From contig CAVQFU010000008.1 in assembly GCA_963711895.1 (NCBI GenBank), positions 8,198-72,197 on the forward strand: a DNA stretch of 64,000 bases, in the 5' to 3' direction. The stretch comes from an uncultured Acidobacteriota bacterium. Its GTDB lineage: Bacteria; Actinomycetota; Acidimicrobiia; Spongiisociales; ZC4RG35. The notes beneath the pieces were generated by a model. It made no database searches. It was not told the origin of the DNA and saw nothing but the letters and a program-made list of their open reading frames with translations. Positions 38,271-47,483 of the stretch are shown piece by piece. The stretch's first letter is position 1; the number at the start of each line of letters is the position of its first letter. A program made the translations under genes and the position numbers.

Positions 38271-39485
38271 ATGATGAAGAGATACCTGATCATCGGTGTC
38301 GTCCTGGCGACGGTGCTGGCGGCCTGTGGCGGGGACACTGGAACCAGCACAACTGCGGCGGCAACCGAGACCACCGCGGGGGCTACCGAAACCACGGAAG
38401 CCGCCACCGACACCACGGCAGCAGCGACGGACACCACCGCGGCTGCCGCCGGCGGGATGGAGGAGCTCATTGCGGCTGCCCAGGAAGAGGGCACGCTGAC
38501 CACGATCGCCCTGCCTCACGACTGGTGTGGCTACGGGGCGGTGATCGATGGCTTCAAGGCTGAATACGGCCTGGAAGTCAACGAGCTCGATCCAGGCGCC
38601 GGATCCGCCGAGGAACTCGAGGCGATCGAGGCCAACAAGGAGAACCCGGGGCCACAGGCACCCGATGTGGTCGACGTCGGTCTCGCCTTCGGGCCTCAGG
38701 CCAAAGAAGCCGGCCAGATCCAGCCTTACATGGTGTCGACGTGGGATGAGATCCCTGAGGGCGCCAAGGATCCCGAAGGTTTCTGGTATGGCGACTACTA
38801 CGGCGTGCTCTCCCTAGAGGTCAACACGGCCGAAGTGGCCGCTGCGCCGGCGGAATACGCCGACCTCCTCGACCCTGCTTACAACGGGCAGGTGGCGTTG
38901 TCGGGCGACCCCCTCACCTCGAATGCCGCGATGCTGTCAGTGTGGGCCGCAGGTCTCGCCACGGGAGCAACCGGGGAAGAGGCGGCCCAAGCTGGGCTCG
39001 ACTTCTTCGCCCAGTTGAACGATGCGGGCAACTTCGTGCCAATCGATGGCGACTCGCGCACGGTGGGAATCGGGGAGACCCCGATTCTGATCGACTGGTC
39101 GTACAACTCCATTGCCAACGATGTCACGTTGGCCGGGAACCCGGACATCGAGACCGTGGTGCCAGTAGAAGGCCGTATGGCAGGTGTCTATGTGCAGGCG
39201 ATCAGCGCCTATGCGCCACATCCCAACGCTGCCAAGCTGTGGATGGAGTACCTGTACTCGGATGCAGGCCAACTTGGTTGGGCGGCGGGCTACTGCCACC
39301 CGATCAGGTTCGAGGCCATGTCCGCGGCGGGCACCATCCCCCCCGAAGTCGCTGAGCAGCTGCCCAGCACCGAGGGCGCCTTCTTCCCCTCGATCGAGGA
39401 GATAGCCGCCGCGCAGGCGGTCATCGTCGAAGGTTGGCCGAGTGTGGTTGGTGTGACCGTTGAGCCAAGCCCAAGCGGAGGCTGA
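38271..39485 (+). CDS. ABC transporter substrate-binding lipoprotein (family 1, PotD/Fbp-like)
   Basis: AAGGAGA SD, then MMKRYLIIGVVLATVLAACGG lipobox and a Thr/Ala-rich linker. The 185-aa N-terminal extension of the track ORF is spurious. Confidence 0.85.
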   Translation: MMKRYLIIGVVLATVLAACGGDTGTSTTAAATETTAGATETTEAATDTTAAATDTTAAAAGGMEELIAAAQEEGTLTTIALPHDWCGYGAVIDGFKAEYGLEVNELDPGAGSAEELEAIEANKENPGPQAPDVVDVGLAFGPQAKEAGQIQPYMVSTWDEIPEGAKDPEGFWYGDYYGVLSLEVNTAEVAAAPAEYADLLDPAYNGQVALSGDPLTSNAAMLSVWAAGLATGATGEEAAQAGLDFFAQLNDAGNFVPIDGDSRTVGIGETPILIDWSYNSIANDVTLAGNPDIETVVPVEGRMAGVYVQAISAYAPHPNAAKLWMEYLYSDAGQLGWAAGYCHPIRFEAMSAAGTIPPEVAEQLPSTEGAFFPSIEEIAAAQAVIVEGWPSVVGVTVEPSPSGG

Positions 39486-40374
39486 TCGGACGCAATCGAC
39501 GAAGGAAGTGGGGGGCGCCAGGCGCCCCCCACTGACCCGTTTCGGGAGCTGGTTGGGAGTCTTCCCGTTCTTTCTCTTCTCCGGAATGTTCCTGATTGCG
39601 CCGGCGATCGTCCTCGCTTACCGCAGTCTGGAAAGCCCCGACGGGACGCTGACCCTCGACAACTACCGGGCGCTGACCGACGCCAATGTTCTGGCTGCCT
39701 ATGGCATGTCGATCCGGCTCAGCTTGCTCACTGCGCTCGTCGGCGGAGTGTTCGGTTTCCTCCTCGCCTGGGCCGTATCCATGGGCGGTCTGGGCCGTTC
39801 GACCCGTTCCGGTTTGAGCACCTTCTCCGGTGTCGCCTCCAACTTCGCCGGCGTCCCGCTGGCTGCCGCCTTCGTCTTTACGTTGGGCCGGGTAGGAGTG
39901 ATCACGGCCTTGTTCGAGTGGTTGGGCGTCGATCTGTACGACACCGGCTTCAGCCTGTACAGCTTCTGGGGGTTGGCAGTTGTCTACCTCTATTTCCAGT
40001 TTCCCCTGATGGTCTTGATCATCCTCCCTGCGATCGACGGGCTGAAACAGGACTGGCGAGAAGCCGCCGAGAACCTCGGCGCCACCCCTGGTCAATACTG
40101 GCGCCGGGTGGCATTCCCGGTCCTGCTCCCCTCAATCCTCGGCACCATGATCCTGCTGTTTGGCAACGCATTCGGTGCCCACGCCACGGCGTACGCCCTC
40201 ACCGGCGGTTCGATCCCACTGGCCACCCTGCTCATCGGTCAGCAGATCTCCGGAGACGTCCTCAACAATCCGGGCCTTGGCTATGCCGTGGCGATGGGCA
40301 TGGTGTTCATCATGGCGCTCTGCATCGTGATCTATTCGGTCCTGCAGCGCCGCTCGGAGAGGTGGCTGGGATGA
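39460..40374 (+). CDS. ABC transporter permease
   Basis: Six TM helices and a binding-protein-dependent transport EAA-like loop (EAAENLGATPGQYWRRV). The start is uncertain (TTG 39460 or GTG 39508). Confidence 0.8.
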   Translation: MSQAQAEADRTQSTKEVGGARRPPLTRFGSWLGVFPFFLFSGMFLIAPAIVLAYRSLESPDGTLTLDNYRALTDANVLAAYGMSIRLSLLTALVGGVFGFLLAWAVSMGGLGRSTRSGLSTFSGVASNFAGVPLAAAFVFTLGRVGVITALFEWLGVDLYDTGFSLYSFWGLAVVYLYFQFPLMVLIILPAIDGLKQDWREAAENLGATPGQYWRRVAFPVLLPSILGTMILLFGNAFGAHATAYALTGGSIPLATLLIGQQISGDVLNNPGLGYAVAMGMVFIMALCIVIYSVLQRRSERWLG

Positions 40375-41204
40375 CCATTTCCACCACGCCGCTCCCGGTC
40401 GGGATCGAGGCCGAAGCTCCGCCGACCCTGGCCAAGACAAGCCGGTTCTGGGCGTGGGTGATCCTCATCATCGCTGGGCTCTACTTTCTCGTTCCGCTGG
40501 GGGCGACGTTTTGGTGGTCTCTTCGGGCGACCGAGGGAACTCTCGGTTTCGAGGCATATCGCCGGCTCTTCGACGATTCCAATTTCTGGCCCTCGTTCAC
40601 CGAGTCGGTGATCAACGCGATCGCGGCGATCTTCCTCAGCCTGCTCATCATCGTCCCCACCGCCTATTGGGTGACCCTGAAGCTCCCCAAGCTCCGCCCG
40701 GTGGTCGAGTTCATCACCCTGCTCCCGTTCGTCATCCCGGCCGTCGTGCTGGTCTTCTCTCTGCTCCGTCTCTACGGCCGGCCTCCGTTGCTGCTAACGG
40801 CCACCTACGACAGCTCGCGCGTGCTCCTCGTCTGTGCCTATGCGACCCTTTCATTCCCTTATATGTTCCGCTCTGTGGACAACGGGCTCAGGGCCATGGA
40901 CGTGCGCTCGCTTACCGAGGCCGCCCAGAGCTTGGGCGCGGGGTGGCCGACGATCCTCCGCAGGGTGATCTTCCCGAACCTTCGGGTTGCCGTGCTCTCC
41001 GGCGCCTTGCTGACCTTTGCCATAGTGATCGGGGAACTCACTATCGCTCTGTTCCTGGCGCAACAGACATTCGGGCCCTACATGGCCAACCTGACTCGGA
41101 GCAAGGTCTACGAACCGTCGGCGATGGCGATCGTCGCCTTTGCCATAACCTGGGCCGCGATGGGGATGATCGCACTCATCTCCAGATCGCGGAAGCGCCG
41201 ATGA
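40371..41204 (+). CDS. ABC transporter permease
   Basis: MTISTTPLP... with the EAA loop TEAAQSLGAGWPTILRRV. ATGA overlap with the upstream permease. Confidence 0.8.
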   Translation: MTISTTPLPVGIEAEAPPTLAKTSRFWAWVILIIAGLYFLVPLGATFWWSLRATEGTLGFEAYRRLFDDSNFWPSFTESVINAIAAIFLSLLIIVPTAYWVTLKLPKLRPVVEFITLLPFVIPAVVLVFSLLRLYGRPPLLLTATYDSSRVLLVCAYATLSFPYMFRSVDNGLRAMDVRSLTEAAQSLGAGWPTILRRVIFPNLRVAVLSGALLTFAIVIGELTIALFLAQQTFGPYMANLTRSKVYEPSAMAIVAFAITWAAMGMIALISRSRKRR

Positions 41205-42253
41205 GTGGGTTTCTCAGCCTCCAGGGCGTGCGTAAGGAGTTCAACGGGGTGGTCGCCGTCGAGTCTTTCGACCTCGAGGTCGAGCCGGGTGAGTTCGTCA
41301 GCTTCCTGGGCCCGTCCGGGTGCGGCAAGACGACCACGTTGCGCATGGTGGCGGGATTCGAGCCACCGACGTCCGGCACCATAAGGCTGGCCGGGGAGGA
41401 CGTCACCTACGCCAAGCCGAACGAGCGCAACATCGGCATGGTGTTCCAGTCGTACGCGCTGTTCCCCAACATGACCGTTGCCGACAACATCGCCTTCGGC
41501 CTGAGGGTGCGCAAAGAGGAGGGAGCCGCCCGCGGCGAGCGAGTGGCGGAGCTGCTCGACCTGATCCATCTCCCAGACAAGGCCAAGTCGTATCCGAATG
41601 AGCTGTCCGGGGGCCAGCAGCAGCGGGTGGCCCTCGCCAGGGCTCTGGCCATCCGCCCCCAGCTGCTCCTCCTGGACGAGCCACTCTCCGCCCTCGATGC
41701 CAAGATCCGCGACGACTTGCGAGCGGAGATTCGTCGGATCCAACGGCAGCTCAACATCACCACCATCTACGTCACTCATGACCAGGAGGAAGCCCTGGCC
41801 CTTTCCGATCGCATAGTGGTGATGAGCAAGGGGCAGATGGAGCAGGTCGGTGAGCCGTTCGAGATCTACAACAACCCATCCACGGGGTTCGTCGCCTCCT
41901 TCGTGGGCCAACTCAACCGTCTGCCGGTCACGGTGGTCGATCCTGCTCTGGGCCGCCTTCGGGTCGGCCTGAGCGAGATCCGCACCACGTCACTGATCGA
42001 GTCCCCTGAGGGGGCCGAGGTGTCCCTGATGATGAGGCCGGAGGAAGTGACACTCGATGCCGAAGAGGAGAACGTCCTCGATGGCATGGTCGAATCAGTG
42101 ACCTTCCTCGGCTCGATCGTGCGTGTCCAGGTGGGAGTAGAGGGTGGGCGACTCACCGCGGACCTCTTCAACGAGCGCTTGCTGGAGCTGCCTGTGGCGG
42201 GAGAGACCACCCAGCTCTCTTTCCCTTCCCACGCCTGCTGGGTGATGGTCTAA
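41201..42253 (+). CDS. ABC transporter ATP-binding protein (PotA/FbpC-like with C-terminal TOBE-like domain)
   Basis: Walker A GPSGCGKTT, signature LSGGQQQRVALARAL, Walker B LLLLDEP. ATGA overlap with the upstream permease. Confidence 0.9.
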   Translation: MSGFLSLQGVRKEFNGVVAVESFDLEVEPGEFVSFLGPSGCGKTTTLRMVAGFEPPTSGTIRLAGEDVTYAKPNERNIGMVFQSYALFPNMTVADNIAFGLRVRKEEGAARGERVAELLDLIHLPDKAKSYPNELSGGQQQRVALARALAIRPQLLLLDEPLSALDAKIRDDLRAEIRRIQRQLNITTIYVTHDQEEALALSDRIVVMSKGQMEQVGEPFEIYNNPSTGFVASFVGQLNRLPVTVVDPALGRLRVGLSEIRTTSLIESPEGAEVSLMMRPEEVTLDAEEENVLDGMVESVTFLGSIVRVQVGVEGGRLTADLFNERLLELPVAGETTQLSFPSHACWVMV

Positions 42254-42260
42254 ATCTGGC

Positions 42261-42992
42261 GTGCCACAGGTCGCAGCCGGTGACGTGGTGTTCGATGTGG
42301 ATGCGGTCGCGTTCGACAAGGACGGGACCCTGATCGACCTGGATGCGGCATGGGGTCCTGCGGCCCACGCCTGGGTGATGACTGCCGCCTCCGGTGACCA
42401 GGCACTCGAAGAGTCGTTGGCCAGTCAGCTCGGATTGGATCTCGCCACCGGGCACCTGGTGGGAGGTGGACTGTTCGCGGTCGGTACTGTCGGGCAGTTG
42501 CACGAGACGACCCTCAGGGCCCTCTCTGACCATGGGGCCGGCGAGATCGATGCCATGGCGTCGTCTGACCGTGCCCGGGAGATGTCTGCATTGGCGGGGG
42601 AGAAGGGCAACCTCGTGGCCCTCGGAGACGTGTCGGGCACGTTCCGATCGCTACATGAAGCGGGTTTGCGGCTGGCGATCGTCTCCAGTGATGACAGAAG
42701 TGCCATCGACTCGGCGATCGAAGCCCTCGCAATCGGCCCGCTGCTCGAGGCTGTGGTGGCGGGTGACGAAGGGCTGGACGCAAAGCCGGCACCGGCCGCG
42801 CTTATCGAAGCCGCACGTCGCTTGGGCGTGGAACCGGCTCGTCTCCTCTATGTGGGCGACTCATGGGTCGATGCCGAGGCGGCCAGTGCTGCCGGGGTGG
42901 CCGGCATCGTGCTGGTTGGGGACCAGCCACCCGATACCTCGGACTTGGCGACGGTGGTGCTGCCCGGAATCGATTCCATCCAAGTCGTCTGA
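42261..42992 (+). CDS. HAD family hydrolase
   Basis: AFDKDGTLIDL motif I and a C-terminal GDSWVD motif. Confidence 0.7.
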   Translation: MPQVAAGDVVFDVDAVAFDKDGTLIDLDAAWGPAAHAWVMTAASGDQALEESLASQLGLDLATGHLVGGGLFAVGTVGQLHETTLRALSDHGAGEIDAMASSDRAREMSALAGEKGNLVALGDVSGTFRSLHEAGLRLAIVSSDDRSAIDSAIEALAIGPLLEAVVAGDEGLDAKPAPAALIEAARRLGVEPARLLYVGDSWVDAEAASAAGVAGIVLVGDQPPDTSDLATVVLPGIDSIQVV

Positions 42993-43013
42993 ACGCCGGT
43001 GGGAACAGAGAGC

Positions 43014-43844
43014 TCAGCCGATGGCGATGAGGGCGATGCCGGCGACGGCGGCGGTCACCGTCCCGATCTGGGCCCTGGTGACCTCCTCGTGGAGAAGGAG
43101 CTTCGAGGCGATCACTGCTATCAGTACGGATGTCTCTCTCACTCCCGAGACCAGCCCCACCGGGGCACTCAGGGCTGCGACCATCACAAGCAGGTAGGCA
43201 GTGCCGGTGGCAAATCCTCCAACGGCTGCCTTTCGCCAGTCGGCCCTAACCATGCCGAGCATCGAGCCGGGGCCCCGCATGACGAGAACGACCAATCCAA
43301 GGGCGATCGCCAACAATACGAATTCGGCGGCGATGACCGAGAGCGCAGATCCCTGCTCGCGAACTGCGGCGGCATCGACCGAGGTGTAGAGAGAAATCAG
43401 CACGCCCGTGACCAGGGCCATGGCGAGCCCCGATCGATCGGCCCTCCGCCATGCCAGCCACGTGAGAGCCGCGGTCACCGTGAGCACGCCGATCCATCCG
43501 AGGGCGGAGATCTCGTCGCCAAGGAAAGCGACTCCGGCGAGTGACACGAGGACCGGCGACGTGCCGCGAGCGAGGGGGTAGACGAAAGAGAGGTCACCCA
43601 CTCGATATGCGGCCGCCAGCGTCAGCACGTAGGCCACCTGCACGATGGTCGAGATGAGGATCAGGTCCCATACCGACCGGTCGGGGAGGCCCGAGAACGT
43701 CAGCACCGGCAACGCGAGGACGGCGGCGCCGGCCACGACGGTCCAGGCCGCCACCAACTGGTCCTCGCTCGACTTGACCAGGAGGTTCCAGACGGCGTGC
43801 ATGACCGCAGCCAGTAGGGCAAGGGTCAAAGCGAAGAGGCTCAA
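43014..43844 (-). CDS. EamA/DMT family transporter
   Basis: 276 aa with about 10 TM helices. TTG start. Confidence 0.7.
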   Translation of the reverse strand: MSLFALTLALLAAVMHAVWNLLVKSSEDQLVAAWTVVAGAAVLALPVLTFSGLPDRSVWDLILISTIVQVAYVLTLAAAYRVGDLSFVYPLARGTSPVLVSLAGVAFLGDEISALGWIGVLTVTAALTWLAWRRADRSGLAMALVTGVLISLYTSVDAAAVREQGSALSVIAAEFVLLAIALGLVVLVMRGPGSMLGMVRADWRKAAVGGFATGTAYLLVMVAALSAPVGLVSGVRETSVLIAVIASKLLLHEEVTRAQIGTVTAAVAGIALIAIG

Positions 43845-44004
43845 CCTGGGTAGCTCGCTGCAGCGAGGTCGTGGACTACCAACACCGCGACGATTTCAGC
43901 ACCCATCCAGGAAGGATGACTTCATTCACCGTCGTGTAACCCGATTGCCCCGGGACGTTCAGGGTGCGCCTTTAGGTTGTTGGGGCCCGCCGAAAGGAGC
44001 CCCC

Positions 44005-44100
44005 GTGGAAGTCTGGAGACGTTCGAAGTGGGTCCTGCTCATGTTGCTGGCCCTGGTGCTTCTGGTTGCCTCGATCCTGGGACCGTCCATCCCGGTCTGA
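44005..44100 (+). CDS. 31-aa hydrophobic small ORF with a strong SD, not in the ORF track as such
   Basis: AAAGGAG lies 5 nt upstream of GTG 44005. Sequence VEVWRRSKWVLLMLLALVLLVASILGPSIPV. GC3-rich. Confidence 0.45.
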   Translation: MEVWRRSKWVLLMLLALVLLVASILGPSIPV

Positions 44101-44346
44101 TCTATCCATAGCGGAGCCTCGAGACTGGCTCGCGATTGCCGATAGTCAGTCGGGATGGTTTCCGTTATTGCTGTCGGGTTGGGAATGCCGGCATGGTCGG
44201 GCTAGTGAGACAGAGGAGATGCCGGCTTGAAAGTTTTCGCCCTGCGGGCGTGGTGGCGGCCGCTCACCACGATCCGAGAGCCCGTCGAGCTGCATCACCC
44301 CACAGGCCCCCGAAGCTGCCCGATCAGACCTTCCCGATCGCCTTCA

Positions 44347-44868
44347 TCAGATAGGTGCCGTCTGCCCGCGACCTGTCTGCCCGGAGGCCCGTGGCAGGAA
44401 GCCCTCGATCGCACCGATCACTTCGGGTGCATCCGGCTCCGTCGTGGGGCGAAAGCGTCTCACCTCATCGGAGGGTGAGACGAGGAACTTCTCGAAATTC
44501 CAGATGATGCGGCCTGCTTTGCCGGCGCTATCTGGTGACTTGGTCAACTCGGCATACAGAGGATGCTGTGACCGCCCGTTCACCCTCACCCGCTCGAACA
44601 GGGGGAAGGTGATTCCCCAGGTCGTCGAGCAGTACTCCTTGATCGCCGTCTCGCTGCTCAGCTCCTGGAGAAACTGATTGCTGGGGAAACCCAGCACGCT
44701 GAAGCCCTGATCCTCGTAGTCACGATGCAACTCCTCGAGCTTTTCGTATTGGGGCGACAGTCCGCACCTCGAGGCGACATTGACGATCAGGACCGCCTTG
44801 TCGGAGTATTCGGCCAGCGAGGTGCTGTCCCCGTCGATGGTTGTGATGGGGATGTTTCGGATGCTCAT
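44347..44868 (-). CDS. glutathione peroxidase family protein
   Basis: MSIRNIPITTIDGDSTSLAEY...LIVNVASRCGLSPQY...LGFPSNQF. The N-terminus aligns with BtuE/BsaA-type GPx from Met1. Confidence 0.9.
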   Translation of the reverse strand: MSIRNIPITTIDGDSTSLAEYSDKAVLIVNVASRCGLSPQYEKLEELHRDYEDQGFSVLGFPSNQFLQELSSETAIKEYCSTTWGITFPLFERVRVNGRSQHPLYAELTKSPDSAGKAGRIIWNFEKFLVSPSDEVRRFRPTTEPDAPEVIGAIEGFLPRASGQTGRGQTAPI

Positions 44869-44945
44869 TGGTCGGGCTGGCGGGATTTGAACCCACGACC
44901 CCTTGGCCCCCAGCCAAGTGCGCTACCAAACTGCGCCACAGCCCG
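44869..44945 (-). tRNA. tRNA-Pro (anticodon GGG), CCA encoded
   Basis: Cloverleaf read by eye. Acceptor CGGGCTG/CAGCCCG, anticodon arm CTTGG-CTGGGGG-CCAAG, T-arm GTGGG-TTCAAAT-CCCGC, then ACCA. Confidence 0.9.
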
Positions 44946-45056
44946 AAGTTGTGGATCAGCCAATCGTAGCCGCGGGGCCGCAGCAGGAGGAAAGGCCGGC
45001 CGGGTCGGGTAACGACGGTCAAGGACCACCTCTGACCTGCCGATTCGTTACGTGGA

Positions 45057-46862
45057 ATGCGCAGCAGGACAGCAAGGGCAATCGGTGCAACTGCCGTATT
45101 GATCGGCATCGTCATCGCCGCGGTTGTCCAACTGCGGCCCCAGGAGCAGACACCAGCCGAGATCGCCGCCCCTGCGGGTACGACCGCTCCCCGGGAAACC
45201 GAGACGACCACGGCCGAGGACGATGCGCCTTTCCGGTACAGGGTCGGATTGCTCGCAGGCGTGAGCACGGCCAGCTACTGGAAATACATCGGAGAGGAAC
45301 CCACCGCCTGGAACGCATATGTGCTCGGCCCGACCAAGCCTGCCTTGTACGCCGTCGACCCTGCTTCCAACGCCCTGGTCCCAGAGGTCGCCGTAGCGGC
45401 TCCTGTCCTTCCAACGTGGGACGCCGATGGGTGGCGGGTTCGGGTGGACCTCGGCGATGATCTTTCCTGGTCCGACGGTGTGCCCGTGACGACTGCCGAT
45501 GTCGTCTACACGTTCGACACAGTGCGGAGGCTGGGACTCGAGGGAGGCTGGGCCGATTCCTATCCGGCCGAGATCGAGGAGATCGTGGCCGAATCGCCAA
45601 CAGAGTTGAGGATCGAATTCTCCAGCCGCCCCGGGCTCGGGGTCTGGCCGTACCGGCTCGGTCTGGCGCCGATCATGCCGTCCCATGTCTGGGCGCCCCT
45701 CGCCGACGACATCGATACTGCCGCCGCCCTCTACGATCTCGATCCTGACCCCGATGTCTCCGGTGGTCCGCTCCAAATCGTGACGATCTCGGACACCCAG
45801 ATCGAGACCGTGGCCAATCCCGGGTATCCAGAGGATGGCGTCCCGGATGTCTCCTATTCCATCTTCGCCGACGAAGCCGCCGCCATCGCGGCCATGAAGA
45901 CCGGCGCGATCGACACGGTGCTCGACCCCAACGGTCTCTCCGACGAAGGCGCCGCCGCCCTGGCCGGGACACCCGGGGTCGCCATCGAGCGCAGCCCGGC
46001 CAACTCGGTGCGATATCTCGGCTTCAACCTGACCCGGGACCCGATGTCAACCGCCGAGTTCCGTCAAAGTCTTGCCCTCCTGCTCGATCGAGGTTGGACC
46101 GCCGAGACGGTGGTGCCAGACGCGGCCGCGGCCTACACCATGCTGTCCTCGGCCAACGTCGCCTGGTTCGATGAGAGCGAAGCGACGTCGATCTCCGATC
46201 TGTACGCACAGACAATTGAAACCCGGGTATCGGCAGCCATTTCGGGGCTGCAGAACGCGGGCTACGCGTGGGAAACACCACCAACGGTGGTCGACGGCAC
46301 TCTCGTGCCCGGTCTTGGTTTGAGCATCGACGGCCGGACCCCGGCTCCCCTCACCATCCTGACCCCCGGAGACGAGTACGACCCGGCGCGGCCTGACTAC
46401 ACGACACGGATCGAGTCCACCCTCGAGGCGCTCGGGTTCGATGTCAGACCCGTTGTCACCGACTTCGACACCGTCGTCGACCTGGCCTTCACGACAGACC
46501 AGTCCGGCGCCCGCCAGTACGACATGTACGTCCTCGGGTGGACCTTGGGCAACCCCGCCCTTCCCGACTATCACCGATGGCTGTTCGCCGGGGATGGCGC
46601 CGCCAACTCCACCGGATATTCCAGCCCGGACTTCGAGGCCAGTCTCGCCCGCTTCGAGCGGGCCTCCTCGCCCGATGAGGCCAAGGACGCGCTGTGGGCC
46701 ATGGAGCAGGCGGTGGCGCACGATCTGCCCTATCTGGTCCTCTATCACCCGAACCTCATCGAGGGGTACCGGGCCGATCGGGTCCGCTTCGAGGAGCGAG
46801 GGTTGCTCGGCGGGATCCAGGGCCGTCTGGGTGGGCTCAACGACCTGACCCCGGTCTCCTGA
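45057..46862 (+). CDS. ABC transporter substrate-binding protein, family 5 (peptide/nickel type), TM-anchored, orphan
   Basis: 601 aa with an N-terminal anchor AIGATAVLIGIVIAAVV and SBP_bac_5-like regions (YLGFNLTRDP). No adjacent permease or ATPase genes. Confidence 0.75.
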   Translation: MRSRTARAIGATAVLIGIVIAAVVQLRPQEQTPAEIAAPAGTTAPRETETTTAEDDAPFRYRVGLLAGVSTASYWKYIGEEPTAWNAYVLGPTKPALYAVDPASNALVPEVAVAAPVLPTWDADGWRVRVDLGDDLSWSDGVPVTTADVVYTFDTVRRLGLEGGWADSYPAEIEEIVAESPTELRIEFSSRPGLGVWPYRLGLAPIMPSHVWAPLADDIDTAAALYDLDPDPDVSGGPLQIVTISDTQIETVANPGYPEDGVPDVSYSIFADEAAAIAAMKTGAIDTVLDPNGLSDEGAAALAGTPGVAIERSPANSVRYLGFNLTRDPMSTAEFRQSLALLLDRGWTAETVVPDAAAAYTMLSSANVAWFDESEATSISDLYAQTIETRVSAAISGLQNAGYAWETPPTVVDGTLVPGLGLSIDGRTPAPLTILTPGDEYDPARPDYTTRIESTLEALGFDVRPVVTDFDTVVDLAFTTDQSGARQYDMYVLGWTLGNPALPDYHRWLFAGDGAANSTGYSSPDFEASLARFERASSPDEAKDALWAMEQAVAHDLPYLVLYHPNLIEGYRADRVRFEERGLLGGIQGRLGGLNDLTPVS

Positions 46863-46886
46863 CGCACGACAATTAGCCTCCGCGTC

Positions 46887-47483
46887 GTGACCGACACGGC
46901 AGCGAGCAACCGCATCCTCACCATCCCCAATCTGGTCTCGTTCGTCCGGTTGCTGGGCATCCCGGTGTTCTGGTGGGCCCTCTTCGTCGAAGACAACGTG
47001 GCGCTGGCGGCCTGGCTCATATTCCTCATCGGCTGGACCGATTGGATCGATGGCTATCTGGCCCGGCGCCTGGGGCAGGTGAGCGAGCTGGGCAAGATTC
47101 TCGATCCGGTGGCCGATCGTCTGTTGATCGCCTCGGCGGTGATAGGCGGGCTCATCGCCGGCATCTTGCCGGACTGGTTCGGCTGGGGATTGATCGCAAG
47201 GGAGATCCTGGTGGGCGCCGTCGCCCTCAATCTCGCCGCACGTGGTGGGGGAACGGTGGACGTGCGATTCATGGGGAAAGCGGCAACATTCGCCCTCTAC
47301 GGGGCGATTCCCGCGTTCTATCTCGCCGCAGCCGGGGCCGCCGAGTGGCTGATGTGGCCGGTGGCATGGTTCCTGGGGATCATCGGTCTGACTCTCTACT
47401 GGTACGTCGCATTCCTCTACATCGGGGACAGTCGAGCGAAGCTCGCGGCGTTAGAGTCGTCGGCTGACCCCGAGGAGGCTTGA
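46887..47483 (+). CDS. pgsA: CDP-alcohol phosphatidyltransferase (PgsA-like)
   Basis: DGYLARRLGQVSELGKILDPVADRL matches the D-G-x2-A-R...G-x3-D-x3-D motif. Confidence 0.8.
   Translation: MTDTAASNRILTIPNLVSFVRLLGIPVFWWALFVEDNVALAAWLIFLIGWTDWIDGYLARRLGQVSELGKILDPVADRLLIASAVIGGLIAGILPDWFGWGLIAREILVGAVALNLAARGGGTVDVRFMGKAATFALYGAIPAFYLAAAGAAEWLMWPVAWFLGIIGLTLYWYVAFLYIGDSRAKLAALESSADPEEA

Noticed and set aside
38330-38460. Imperfect tandem repeats (accgagaccacc / accgacaccacg ...). A similar Thr-codon run occurs at 63270..63340.
   Set aside because: Both encode Thr/Ala-rich linkers directly after lipoprotein signal peptides (TTAAATETTAGATETTEAATDTT and TSTSTTTTTVPTTTTT). They are coding low complexity, not CRISPR or a non-coding repeat.
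44136-44478. Track ORFs 44136..44354 (72 aa) and 44227..44478 (83 aa) in the gpx-proximal gap.
   Set aside because: They are Arg/Pro-rich with no SD or family resemblance. The second overlaps the gpx 3' end on the opposite strand. Treated as non-coding.
47400-47483. Looked for glycine riboswitches upstream of gcvH. Also checked upstream of gcvT near 52200-52279.
   Set aside because: Both genes overlap or abut the preceding CDS (TGATG and ATGA junctions). No leader exists to hold a riboswitch.
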